A stretch of 64,000 bases of DNA from a virus (lineage: Duplodnaviria > Caudoviricetes), in IMG/VR virus record IMGVR_UViG_2595698834_000001, positions 64,001-128,000 of that record. One strand, written 5' to 3'. A program made the position numbers and the translations under genes. The notes beneath the pieces are model-generated. The model ran no database searches. It had not been told where the DNA came from and was given only the letters and a program-made list of their open reading frames with translations. Shown here in pieces: positions 39,201 to 48,019 of this stretch. How positions within the stretch are numbered: position 1 is the first letter of the stretch; each line of letters begins with the position of its first letter.

Positions 39201-39978
39201 TCTGACTACTAATGTCTGTACGTTTCTGACCTATCTTGGTCATCTCGTTAAGGTTTTGCTCTCGCTGCCTTGTATAGTCTTGTGTTGCTGTGAAGTAGTC
39301 TTTTTTAAAGTTCGAGGCTTGTTGGTGAGACATATAGTTGGAGGCTTCAGCTCGTCTTGATAAGCTCTCAGATCGACGATCAAGTTTCATTACTTCTTGA
39401 ATTTGTGTCTTCAGGTCTTTAACTTTGCTTGTAACTCCGTCGGTATCCTGTGCCATTTGCTGCATAACACGTTTTGCTCTATCGAAGTTCTCGGCACCGG
39501 AAGGTAAGTTGTACACATCGTTAGAGTTAAAGATGTGCTTAAAGTCTTTGCTGGACTTCTGTTGGAAACTTACAGTCTCCCTATGTCGTGCTAAGGTTTT
39601 TTCGTATTCTCGTTGCAGCTGCCTTTGTTGCATAATAGCGTTACGAGATTGATCGTCCATAGCCTGTTTTAACTTGTTTATTTCCTGTCTCTGCTGCTCG
39701 GTAGCTCCCTTTGGTATCTGAATACTTGAAGACATATCTCTCATCTTCTGCTTCAACTGGTTAAGGTCTCCGCTCATGTTTCGATACATTCTAGTCAGCT
39801 GCGACATAGATCGTAAACTTTTGTCCATATCCTTTTGGGTAGTTGTGGAGTAGCTGTCTACACCTTTGTTACGTATGTCTTCGATAGTCTGCATGTGCTT
39901 TTCAAGCTCTTGTAACTTTGCAACTGCTTTACTAGTTTCAGCATCAACATTAAAAATATACTGTTCTACGTTAGCCAT
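36226..39978 (-). CDS. tape measure protein with C-terminal phage tail lysozyme domain
   Basis: Long helical N-terminus, Gly/Ala-rich hydrophobic segment, AIAGIMGNLQQES...GVGQW...FER lysozyme motif. Confidence 0.88.
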   Translation of the reverse strand: MANVEQYIFNVDAETSKAVAKLQELEKHMQTIEDIRNKGVDSYSTTTQKDMDKSLRSMSQLTRMYRNMSGDLNQLKQKMRDMSSSIQIPKGATEQQRQEINKLKQAMDDQSRNAIMQQRQLQREYEKTLARHRETVSFQQKSSKDFKHIFNSNDVYNLPSGAENFDRAKRVMQQMAQDTDGVTSKVKDLKTQIQEVMKLDRRSESLSRRAEASNYMSHQQASNFKKDYFTATQDYTRQREQNLNEMTKIGQKRTDISSQIKDIENNPAATQAEIDKKVALQQTIEALDKEREARMEFDRVLNRTTENMKQYNQRVSKNGGVEVKPDRGTALGMAYERAPALGFAMTGAVGAVAGGLYMQGASLNKGMRDDVIGMGSHAGLEGDQWRSQIRDAALEGGLQDKLGFTGQEMLQFQGGYMSANGFSNMDDLNSAMVNQARFSRSAGIDAQTTGDFFSSMFKTGAVSGNQVKDIQDGFIGAIKQSGMEGREKDQLKALQGLLGSVSNGRALNNQDVMNVMGMQSMLAGTGVRSLQGEQGGQLLTNMNEGLRQGVNNPQLRLLMGQGTKYQGLSGSWELRERMEKGISNPDNIRDLAAAAESVTTDESGQNEAFARIVQSQLGVDITSSQTEGLMGLYRNGSLTKENLQGVLEGNKGVGAEAGADKLDQYQKSHEATDNQSDATTQKQATQLYDYGEVLRKANASMSGFNAATYAGILAMGAFTVAAATAAASLGGSALLRKGVGALSGRFGRGQHATGGPGGATTFAAGTGGRPGGGGGVAAGTGAAGTGGIVGADGRPISSAATAAAEGASGGSKGILGKIGGWFGGGGAASGAVEGAATGASGGMLSKAGSFLSKAALPIGIATGVGSIVMAPEDKKGEATGAAAGGILGGIGAGAAAGAALGSIVPGVGNIVGGIGGGIVGGIAGSSLGGWIGGMFDGGKNETAAAATQTNETTSKTQEATVKNQLDKENTNTKDRAETKRTDNIAQERENLKIYENLLSRAEAMLNQARLQNGIFGSNTSNDATGTVAAGPLEGNSNSEKIWNFFSDKGFKPSAIAGIMGNLQQESGLDPTAKNSSSGAFGVGQWLGGRKKNLHDFAKKGGMDVNSLDTQLQFMWKEMNGGESTFKSILNRNGGMDALKGANVSNATELFEKAFERSGGSAMPKRQKYAQDFYDKFGSTQYKDNSKSRAATATASSSKLQVNSNINVSVSGNESVAEKVKNSSELKKIGQAVQARVYSSANFYSKETKRA

Positions 39979-39996
39979 GAGATCACGCTCCTTTCA

Positions 39997-40029
39997 TAAA
40001 AAGTGGGTAAGGGTGCAGAACCCTTACCC
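39997..40029 (-). terminator. intrinsic terminator
   Basis: GGGTAAGGGTTCTGCACCCTTACCC hairpin plus T-run. Confidence 0.7.
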
Positions 40030-40619
40030 TACAGTGCGGTGAAGTCGTCATCGTCATCATTCTCACCATTGAATAGTGAGATAGACTTATCCATTACTTC
40101 CTTGTTTAGTACTGCCGAGCTATCGTCCTGCTTACCTTCGATAATTGCTCGGTCGTCCACAAGTTTACCTTTTCCACCAGCAGACTCTATATCTTTTGCT
40201 TTATCAAGAGCCTCTTGAAGTCGTTTGTTCATGTACTGCTCTACTTCAGTCTCTTTGGCAGTTTGTCCGCCTTCTTCTCGATATTGACTATACTCGTCAA
40301 GACCTTCAAACTTACTATCAAGATTTTTCATATCCTCTTGTTTAGTAAGTTTCTCGACCTGCTTGGCGATGTCTTCAGCGTCATGATCGTCTTTAAGTAC
40401 ATCCCATTCATCAACATCACGATCCCATACTTCCTCATCGAATGTTGTATCGTAGTGTTCAGACTCCACAGTAAGTCCTTTTCTTGCAAGTTCCATCTCT
40501 CTAGCATCCTCATTCATAGACATAATCAGTAAAGTGATCTGTTTGTCTGACAGGTCTCGGAAAGAGGGGTCGGTTGGCAAAGTCTTAAACGTCTTCATGA
40601 TTCCCCAAAGGTTCCTCAT
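40029..40619 (-). CDS. tail assembly chaperone, second (T-like) segment, probably expressed as a +1 frameshift fusion
   Basis: Directly upstream of TMP; frame stays open back through 40679 into the upstream gene; no well-spaced SD before its ATG. Confidence 0.75.
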   Translation of the reverse strand: MRNLWGIMKTFKTLPTDPSFRDLSDKQITLLIMSMNEDAREMELARKGLTVESEHYDTTFDEEVWDRDVDEWDVLKDDHDAEDIAKQVEKLTKQEDMKNLDSKFEGLDEYSQYREEGGQTAKETEVEQYMNKRLQEALDKAKDIESAGGKGKLVDDRAIIEGKQDDSSAVLNKEVMDKSISLFNGENDDDDDFTAL

Positions 40620-40665
40620 ATACGGTGTTCTTGCTAAGACTTTGTAACCACCTAGTGAATCTACC

Positions 40666-41073
40666 TTAGCGTCGAAAGGAGTTTAGCCACTCTTGGAAAT
40701 CCTTCCCGATAGTATATAAAACGTCAAGGTTATAGATGTCCTCGTCATTAGCTAACTCTTTTGGAACGTCAATACCTACTACACGTAAAGAAGCAAGCGC
40801 ATTGTAACTAACAATAAAGTAGTCACTAGCGTAGTTGTTCATTCCGTTTAAATAAACAGCTGTACGAGAATGAATTTTACCAGCATCAATAGCGTTAGGC
40901 GCTCGTAACTTTACTGTGAAGGGTTTATCAAACTCTGCGAAGTCGTACGTTTTCTCGAATACATCATTAACCCCTCGGATGATACGATCAATAGCTTTCT
41001 TCTGTTCAAACTGCTTTTCGACAGCAAGCTCCTCAGAAGTTTTTTGTGTATTATTTTCTAAATTTTCTGACAT
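40666..41073 (-). CDS. tail assembly chaperone (G-like)
   Basis: 135 aa ending WLNSFRR; two genes upstream of TMP; late promoter box at 41106-41115. Confidence 0.8.
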   Translation of the reverse strand: MSENLENNTQKTSEELAVEKQFEQKKAIDRIIRGVNDVFEKTYDFAEFDKPFTVKLRAPNAIDAGKIHSRTAVYLNGMNNYASDYFIVSYNALASLRVVGIDVPKELANDEDIYNLDVLYTIGKDFQEWLNSFRR

Positions 41074-41155
41074 GTTTAAATCCTCCTATGTAATGTCCTT
41101 ACTAATAATATAGCAGTGTATAGTGTCCTATTTACATTATAACATACAAAAGGGA

Positions 41156-41740
41156 TTACTCCCCTTTGTACCGGTAGTAACCCCAACTTGCTTTTGTAAC
41201 TCTCGATTCATACTCCCTAACCTGTTGGAGTAGGGCGTACATGGAATGTGTCGGAATGTTTCTCTTTTCTAATTCTTCTTTAAGTTTGTTAAGGCTAATC
41301 GGCTCTTTGGCTTCTTTTAGGATGTGTACAACAAGCTTAGCGACTTTCTTAACGTCTCGTCTATCTGACCCTGATCTCGATGTTTTATACTTGCCTCGTC
41401 TCTTTCCTTTGTTAGCAGACTTACGAGGAGACGTTGTAGCAAACGGCAATGGAATATCATCCTCTCTTTCATTGTCGTCAGTTACGTTAAATGAGTTATT
41501 TTGGTTATAGGCTCTCACGACTGCTGCTGTAATGCTATCATTTTCTGTTCCCGTATTATTTTCTATTTTATTTTCATCTATTAGTGGAGTACTAATTGAA
41601 TCTAGCTTTTCTATTTTTTCAACTACGCCTTTGAGTTCTTCTTGTACCATTTCTATACGATATTGGCGGTAAACCACCTGCTGTTTAAGATATTCTGCAT
41701 ACATACGGTTTGCTTCTCTTTCTGTGTACATCTTTTCCAT
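41156..41740 (-). CDS. hypothetical protein with C-terminal winged-helix-like domain
   Basis: Coiled-coil N-terminus, basic linker, ILKEAKEPISLNKLKEEL...KASWGYY; own promoter TTGACA-17-TATTAT at 41787-41815. Confidence 0.7.
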   Translation of the reverse strand: MEKMYTEREANRMYAEYLKQQVVYRQYRIEMVQEELKGVVEKIEKLDSISTPLIDENKIENNTGTENDSITAAVVRAYNQNNSFNVTDDNEREDDIPLPFATTSPRKSANKGKRRGKYKTSRSGSDRRDVKKVAKLVVHILKEAKEPISLNKLKEELEKRNIPTHSMYALLQQVREYESRVTKASWGYYRYKGE

Positions 41741-41850
41741 TGTTCGAACACGCTCCCTATTAGTTTATTTTTCTCTCTGTAAGGTAATAATACTAGAGGT
41801 TGTAGCATATGTCAACAAGATAATAAAAAAAACAGGAGAAAAATCTCCTG

Positions 41851-42459
41851 TTAGTTCTGGACTGTAACATTTACTGTTTTACGTCCGAATTGCAATGCGT
41901 CTGATCTGTTTGGCATGAAGATGTCAATGCGGTTTCCTTTAATTGCTCCGCCTGTATCTGCTGCGATGGCTTGTCCGTACCCTTCAACGTATACTGTAGA
42001 GCCAAGTGGAATTACATTAGGGTCTACGGCAATGACTTTTTGGTTAGGGTTAGATCGTAAATCGACTCCTGTAGCTGTGATCCCTGAGCATCCGTAGCAG
42101 TAAGCTGTATATGCTGTAGCAACTACCTGTAGGCTTCTTCCATTAACAGCTTGCTTTCTTTCTGCGACGGGCTTGCTTTCTACAACAGGTGAAGATTTTT
42201 TAGCAGTCTTATAGGAAACGGCACTAGATTCTCCTCGTAGTTTACTTAGTAATTTGATGTTTTGTTGTTCAGAACCTCTGTATTCAGAAATACCGATCGT
42301 GTCTGCAAGCTTTGTTCTGTTATCAAAGCTCGCATCTTTTCCTTGTGCGGCTAGATAGTCAACCACGCTGTTTCTGTCGTAAGCTGACGCAGCGCCTGTG
42401 CTTGAGAATAATGCACCTACTGTTACTGCACAAGTAATGAGTACCTTCTTCAAATTCAT
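41851..42459 (-). CDS. secreted 3D-domain (YocH/MltA-like) cell-wall protein
   Basis: Sec signal peptide (ASA|Y), SVVDYL...YRGSEQQNIKLL cell-wall-binding domain, ATAY...IAVDP..IPLG...AADTGGAIKGNRIDIF 3D domain. Confidence 0.88.
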   Translation of the reverse strand: MNLKKVLITCAVTVGALFSSTGAASAYDRNSVVDYLAAQGKDASFDNRTKLADTIGISEYRGSEQQNIKLLSKLRGESSAVSYKTAKKSSPVVESKPVAERKQAVNGRSLQVVATAYTAYCYGCSGITATGVDLRSNPNQKVIAVDPNVIPLGSTVYVEGYGQAIAADTGGAIKGNRIDIFMPNRSDALQFGRKTVNVTVQN

Positions 42460-42548
42460 TGTGTTGCCCCTCTCTAGGTTTTGTACATTATTTTGTACTT
42501 ACTATAATGTAACACATATCATGACTGTAATCTACAAATTAGAGCGAT

Positions 42549-42565
42549 TGTAACATAACTGTAAC
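42549..42565 (+). promoter_or_regulatory. WalR (YycF) box-like direct repeat upstream of the 3D-domain gene
   Basis: TGTAAC-ATAAC-TGTAAC matches TGT(A/T)A(A/T/C)-N5-TGT(A/T)A(A/T/C). Confidence 0.6.
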
Positions 42566-42683
42566 ATAGAGAGTAGTAAAAAAGACCCGTTAGGGTCTTT
42601 AATTAGAGCAATGTTAGTTCAGTCGACTCTCGCATCAAGGAACGAACCCCTCTACAGTCAAAAGATACTTATCAGTTGTTTAC

Positions 42684-43046
42684 TTACAAGCAGCTATACT
42701 CATCGAAAAGCGTTAAAATTTCTCCTAGTATTTTGGCTTTTTCCCTGTCATGTCCATATGCATCTTCCATACATCTTTCAATAATATGTTTTTCACTCAC
42801 TTCTGTCGTAAATCTTCCTGTTATCGCTGCCGTGATAAGATCGCTAAGCTCTATATCCCCTAAATGGCGATATACCGTACCCTCTTCCTTATGCGGAACC
42901 TCATTATTCCAACATTCCCACTTTTCCATAACAATTTTAGTTAACTCGAATTGATCGTAACGTTCTCTGATCGCAAGCAAAGCTGCCTCCTGAGATAGGG
43001 TGACGACAAGTCGTCCTTCATTAAACATTCTTGGGCTTTTAATCAT
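42684..43046 (-). CDS. hypothetical protein
   Basis: 120-aa ORF, GGAGG SD, flanked by terminators at about 42578-42600 and 43141-43166. Confidence 0.7.
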   Translation of the reverse strand: MIKSPRMFNEGRLVVTLSQEAALLAIRERYDQFELTKIVMEKWECWNNEVPHKEEGTVYRHLGDIELSDLITAAITGRFTTEVSEKHIIERCMEDAYGHDREKAKILGEILTLFDEYSCL

Positions 43047-43186
43047 GTTATTTCCTCCTACTAACTATTTTATACTCTGTATGTTACAGTCTTTTCCTGT
43101 TTAATTCAACTACATTTTGTATAAAACTTTTAAAAACAATAAAAAAAGAGACCTTAAAGGTCTCTTAATCGTTGGTATATCAATAG

Positions 43187-43612
43187 TTAGCTTCTTACAT
43201 TCGCAGATGTTAAAAAATAAAATCTAGCGCTCTCACTGCTAATCTCTCCAACACTTGTAGTTTCGTTGTATGTATCAATAGAGCACCCACGGTATGCAAT
43301 GATAACTTCTTTTGTATAGTTATCGAACAGTACGATGTCCATGATGTCCATTTGAAGTACTTCTTCTCCAAGAGCAGCTAAACCAAGTTTAGCTAAGTTT
43401 TCTTTCTTCATTCGGAAACGCTCTACGGTTACAGAGCCTTCATAGCGAAGATATACGTGCTCTTGCGGCATGATAGAACCGATTTGATATACCCCAGTAG
43501 TTCCGAAAGAACGTTCAGCTGAGATAGACTGTGCCCGTGCGATGGGAACGTTTTTAATCATGAAGTACACTGTATTACCAGTTTGTACGGATTGGTTAGT
43601 AACACTTGCCAC
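43187..43612 (-). CDS. tail tube protein
   Basis: ASVTNQSVQTGNTV...ERSFGTTGVYQIGSIMPQEHVYLRYEG, characteristic of Herelleviridae tube proteins; follows sheath. Confidence 0.92.
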   Translation of the reverse strand: MASVTNQSVQTGNTVYFMIKNVPIARAQSISAERSFGTTGVYQIGSIMPQEHVYLRYEGSVTVERFRMKKENLAKLGLAALGEEVLQMDIMDIVLFDNYTKEVIIAYRGCSIDTYNETTSVGEISSESARFYFLTSANVRS

Positions 43613-43663
43613 AGGTTTTCACTCCTATTCTATTAGTTTAGGGGAGACTTGCTCCCCCGTTCG

Positions 43664-45376
43664 TTAAGCAGTTAGTTCGTTATCCTCATAAGTCATGTAA
43701 ACGTTGATAAAGTCAAGACCTTGAGAAGGTTGAACTGTTAAGTTAATACGGGCTGTGTTGCCGCTGATAACAACCTGAACATCGTCCGGGTTATAATCAA
43801 CGATAAGTCCGCCAACGTTCTTTTGCAGATCAAGGAATGATTCAACTCTGTTCTTAATGATAGATGCAGAAGTTTGTCTAATACGGGTACCGACAAACTC
43901 AGTGTCAAGAACTTCTCGTAGTTCAGTTGTTAAGAAGTCTGAAATCTCTCCGAGAGAGATACGATTCTGAACAGGCTCAGTGCTTACGTTGTAAGTAGTT
44001 GGATCACTTACAATACGGAAGTGAGAAGATGCACGAGTTCTTACAAATTCGAACATGATGACTCCAGAGCTGTTAAGCTGGTCAAGTTGGTCTCCTGTGA
44101 ACTTGCGGTCGAGAGACTCGATGTTCAAACGTTTGTATGTAAGTGGCTCCCCTACGTCAAGTCCACTAGCGATACCAGCTACCATAGCGGCGGTCATGTA
44201 GCCCGGAATGTTGTAGATACGTCCATCAGACATTCTGCGAGATCCTGACGCCCCTACAAGCCCTACACGAGCGTTACGGAGGTTCATTTGACGACCTCTT
44301 AAGGATTCAAGAGACTCATTGATTCCTGCCCCTACAAAGCCTCTGAGGTGTGCTCCGTTGTTTGACTCGTCACGTAAGAACTGAGAAAGCTCTCCGTGTA
44401 CTGCCGCATCTGAAGTCAATGGGACGATGTAGTAAGCGCCCATATCAGCTACTTTAGCAAACAAGCTAGCCCATGATGCAGGAGCTGGTTCTGTTTTAGC
44501 GCCTGAAAGGTTTGTAAGTGCGATTGTTGCAGGAACCGCTTGAAGACGGTTAACTTCGACTTCTATGTATGAGTCACTTTCAATTTGGTTTTGTAAGTCA
44601 GCACCAATAGCTTTAATTACAGCGTCTTTTCCTTTAACGTCTGTTGCATCAAGAGCGTCTAGGTAGTCAGTGAAGATGTTCTTGTTTCCACCTAGGGAGT
44701 TCATGCTTGCTTTGAAGTCAGGCAAGTTGTTAATGTCGTTTACAAGTACGTGAACGTCTTGGTAGACACCTTGTCCTAATTCATAGGTACGAACAGCTGT
44801 TAAAGATTCAGCATCGGCACCTACGCTTAGGATTAAGCGAGTAGCCATCTTAGAAGTTGAATCAACTTCAACCTTTACGGAAGCTGCTGCTTCTTCTCCA
44901 GTGTACTGGACGCTGAAGATGTTTCCAATGTTGTCGTATACTTTCTCATAGCGTTCTTTTGTGAAGTAGATGCTTAAACGCTTAGAGTTTGTAATAGTGT
45001 TATCAGCAAGTTCTAGTTGAATAGAGTTTGCGTCTACTCCGTAAAGTTTAGACTTAAAAGTAAGTCCGCCTTGTGATAAAGTAGCTTGTGTTGCTTCATC
45101 TGTACGAATAGCAACAATTTTACCTGCGCCTGCTACGTTTGGAGATGGGTTCCAAGCTAACTCAATAGCATCTAGTAACTCTCCACCACGGAAAATGTCA
45201 CGAGCTTGAGCATAGTTTGTGATCGTAACTGGCGTGTGTGGTTTTCCACCATTAGCGGAACCAACTAAAATAAGTGATTTTTCAGATGTTGGGTTAGCAG
45301 CACCTAATGAACTTGAATCAAGGAAAATCTCAGTTCTTGGGCGGACTCTGCTGTGACCATATGATTGTTCTGCCAT
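43664..45376 (-). CDS. contractile tail sheath protein
   Basis: 570 aa; RPRTEIFLD, AIELAWNP, YYIVPLT motifs; synteny. Confidence 0.92.
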   Translation of the reverse strand: MAEQSYGHSRVRPRTEIFLDSSSLGAANPTSEKSLILVGSANGGKPHTPVTITNYAQARDIFRGGELLDAIELAWNPSPNVAGAGKIVAIRTDEATQATLSQGGLTFKSKLYGVDANSIQLELADNTITNSKRLSIYFTKERYEKVYDNIGNIFSVQYTGEEAAASVKVEVDSTSKMATRLILSVGADAESLTAVRTYELGQGVYQDVHVLVNDINNLPDFKASMNSLGGNKNIFTDYLDALDATDVKGKDAVIKAIGADLQNQIESDSYIEVEVNRLQAVPATIALTNLSGAKTEPAPASWASLFAKVADMGAYYIVPLTSDAAVHGELSQFLRDESNNGAHLRGFVGAGINESLESLRGRQMNLRNARVGLVGASGSRRMSDGRIYNIPGYMTAAMVAGIASGLDVGEPLTYKRLNIESLDRKFTGDQLDQLNSSGVIMFEFVRTRASSHFRIVSDPTTYNVSTEPVQNRISLGEISDFLTTELREVLDTEFVGTRIRQTSASIIKNRVESFLDLQKNVGGLIVDYNPDDVQVVISGNTARINLTVQPSQGLDFINVYMTYEDNELTA

Positions 45377-45403
45377 TATCTATATCTCCCTTTCTACTTT
45401 GTA

Positions 45404-45664
45404 TTAGTCTTCAATTTTGAAGTGCTTCTTTAGTTCTTCCAAAAATACCTTCTCGTCATGCTGGTAATGACGACCTCGCATTTTCGCTTTAAACCCTGCT
45501 ACCTCTACCGAGGACAATTCATAAAGATGTTGTGCGGTTTGTAAGAAAGTATTGATATGGATATATGATCTAGGCTTTGGGTAAACAGCCTTTTTCACTT
45601 CTTTGACTTCTTTGACTTCTTTTTTAACTTCTTCAGAACGCTTAGTGTTCTTATTCTCAGCCAT
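45404..45664 (-). CDS. small conserved virion protein
   Basis: 86 aa, YIHINTFL..AGFKA.M motif upstream of sheath. Confidence 0.72.
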   Translation of the reverse strand: MAENKNTKRSEEVKKEVKEVKEVKKAVYPKPRSYIHINTFLQTAQHLYELSSVEVAGFKAKMRGRHYQHDEKVFLEELKKHFKIED

Positions 45665-46523
45665 CTGCTCTCTCCTCCTGTTCGTTATTTAAATGGACAG
45701 TTACCTTAATGTGCTCTAGTATAGCGTCAGTGATAGGGGAGTCTAAGCTGTAGGATGATGTATAAGATACAATAGTCTCTCTCCCATAAAGGATTTCAGG
45801 TTTTACATCTGTGTTGACGGGTATCTCTTCTGTCTGACCAAACTGAAGCTTTTGAAGTTGAAAGTTATTGCTCTCTTCTGCATTACTACGCATTAAGATC
45901 ATAATTGCCTTGATAATAAGATCGAGGCATCTTACAGTGTCCATGTTTGTAGATATCGCAAGGATAGAATACTGTTCAGTGGCAGTAAATCCTCGCTTGA
46001 ACCCTGCTTCTTCATCGCCTTTGACTTCATAGTGTACTGTAACATCCATCCCTATAAGTTCTTCGTCGTATGTGAAGTATATACGGTTACCTTTAGTGGT
46101 TACATTATCCGACGTAGCAAAGGTTATTTCAGCTACGTTTATCAATAAACCAATTTCCTTTTCTACTTCGATGAATAACTTTGAGTTGTCTGCTGATGCT
46201 TGAATGGTAGACGTCTCGGTTACTGTGCCTTCTTCTTTAAACAGATAGTCACCTTCGAGGTTGCCAATGCTACTTTTACTCTCTACGCCTTCTCGAAGAC
46301 CTATGTAAATAGCTCCCTTTTGGGTATGCCTATCTTGAGGCATAGCGTACACTATAGGTATTTCATTTACGGTGTCTGCACCTGCGTAAGCATTTATAAA
46401 GTTAGCGGCGATGCTAGGTTTAACACCTTTTAATATTTCCTCTATAATATAACGGTTCTCAAGAATTATTTTGAGTTTACTCTCTATTTCGTTATGTAGA
46501 TAAGTGTCCACACTTACTATCAC
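45657..46523 (-). CDS. tail terminator / neck protein
   Basis: 288 aa in head-tail joining block. Confidence 0.7.
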   Translation of the reverse strand: MIVSVDTYLHNEIESKLKIILENRYIIEEILKGVKPSIAANFINAYAGADTVNEIPIVYAMPQDRHTQKGAIYIGLREGVESKSSIGNLEGDYLFKEEGTVTETSTIQASADNSKLFIEVEKEIGLLINVAEITFATSDNVTTKGNRIYFTYDEELIGMDVTVHYEVKGDEEAGFKRGFTATEQYSILAISTNMDTVRCLDLIIKAIMILMRSNAEESNNFQLQKLQFGQTEEIPVNTDVKPEILYGRETIVSYTSSYSLDSPITDAILEHIKVTVHLNNEQEERADG

Positions 46524-46535
46524 GAGTATAACCTC

Positions 46536-47177
46536 CTACTTCCAACCGTTCTTCATCTTCCACTTCATAAGTCGGTTGACGTTGCTGACAAATGTTTTAG
46601 AAGTGTCGTCAGAGTTAACCCGGTCTCTATTAATTATCCAGCTGCTTGCTGGTGATTTATCAGATACCGTCCGGAATGCGACGTATGTATGTCGATTCGT
46701 TCTCGTTTTGATCTTAGTAATGTTGTTTGATTTTGGCTGGTAGTTGAGCATACTTGCTCCGGATTGCTGTCTACGGTCATATAGATAGCTTGAGACAACT
46801 GTTTTTTGCTCACTAGGGGATATGTCAAAGGAGTTTAGCTGTTTATACATCCTACTTGACATACCACGTCTCTTACGTCTTATAGGGACTCGTAGGTACC
46901 AACCTCCGCCTTTCTTCATCTTCTTGTGAGAACTTCGAGCAAAATACTGCTTAAGGTCGATGACTCCTAACTTGTCTAATCGCTTCTCGGTTACTTGCAA
47001 ATACTTAGGTTTCCTAGTAATCTCTACTTTGGTACCTCTAGTATTTTGCTGGGACAGAGATGCGGCTTCTGCTCCTGCATCTATCGTCTTCTGAATAAGG
47101 GCATTCCCTAAGTTCTGCATCGCTGTCTTAGGTGCTTGCGGGTTTTTAAATAACCTTGGTCTACGGTTTCTGGTCAA
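46536..47177 (-). CDS. basic neck/head-completion protein (start revised to TTG 47177)
   Basis: GGWYLRVPIR, YVAFRTVSDKSPASSWI motifs; GGAGGT SD before TTG. Confidence 0.72.
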   Translation of the reverse strand: MTRNRRPRLFKNPQAPKTAMQNLGNALIQKTIDAGAEAASLSQQNTRGTKVEITRKPKYLQVTEKRLDKLGVIDLKQYFARSSHKKMKKGGGWYLRVPIRRKRRGMSSRMYKQLNSFDISPSEQKTVVSSYLYDRRQQSGASMLNYQPKSNNITKIKTRTNRHTYVAFRTVSDKSPASSWIINRDRVNSDDTSKTFVSNVNRLMKWKMKNGWK

Positions 47178-48006
47178 AACGATTACCTCCGCCTCTAAAG
47201 AAACCATTAAGTCCGTCAGTAGAAGGTTTACGTTTAGGATCAATCATCTCTTGTACCTCTGTATTGCTGGCTCCTACTTCAAAGGCTTCTTTATCAATAA
47301 ATATGTCTTCTCTCTTAAGAAGAAGTTTCTGCTGCATTCTCACAGCTTTCTCCGTTGGGGTAGGTGCATACCTATGTTCTTTTAGAAGATCGGCTACCAT
47401 ATATCTTAAAGTTGTCATAATATTTATAGAAATTACTTGCCCTAACAACTCAGGTTTTGGGAAGAATAAATTGTTTTTCAGGTCAACTGTGTAGTCTTCA
47501 CCTTCATAGAGCTCACCTTTTACAGACACGGCTAGTGTTATTTCCTTGACATCGTATACCATGAAAAATCCATTTTTGATACGTCTCTCAGAAACATCAA
47601 AGATAAAGGACTGAGAAATGCTGGTGTGCGGTAGAGTGATTCGGTCTCTAAACGATATGGTTAGGTTCCTATCCTGCGGGGTGCCAATAGCAGTTCCGGA
47701 GTCTAGGATGCCGAGATCGCCGTTAAATACACCTTTCTCTTGTGACTGGATCATCAGCTCTATGGAGGCAGGAGTTAGGTATGCTATTCCTCTTCCTTTG
47801 CATATTGGACATGATTGATTGGGTTGCCTAGTACTACGATCTCTACAAGGACACAAATAAGATCTTTCCCAAAGAGCAGGCATACTAACGTTAGATGTTG
47901 CAGCATCGAACATATCAGGTCTAATGTTAGCCATAGACATGCTGCCGTTTATGGCTGGTCGTTCAGTAGGTGGAGGACTACCTAGTATTGACGGTTTCTC
48001 TGCCAT
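47161..48006 (-). CDS. head-tail joining (neck) protein with Cys cluster
   Basis: LWERSYLCPC...CPICKGRG; synteny. Confidence 0.75.
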   Translation of the reverse strand: MAEKPSILGSPPPTERPAINGSMSMANIRPDMFDAATSNVSMPALWERSYLCPCRDRSTRQPNQSCPICKGRGIAYLTPASIELMIQSQEKGVFNGDLGILDSGTAIGTPQDRNLTISFRDRITLPHTSISQSFIFDVSERRIKNGFFMVYDVKEITLAVSVKGELYEGEDYTVDLKNNLFFPKPELLGQVISINIMTTLRYMVADLLKEHRYAPTPTEKAVRMQQKLLLKREDIFIDKEAFEVGASNTEVQEMIDPKRKPSTDGLNGFFRGGGNRFDQKP

Positions 48007-48019
48007 TGTTTACCCTCCT

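Noticed and set aside
45590-45632. Tandem 9-bp repeats (AAAGAAGTC-like)
   Set aside because: In-frame coding repeat (KEVKEVKEV) in a low-complexity N-terminus.
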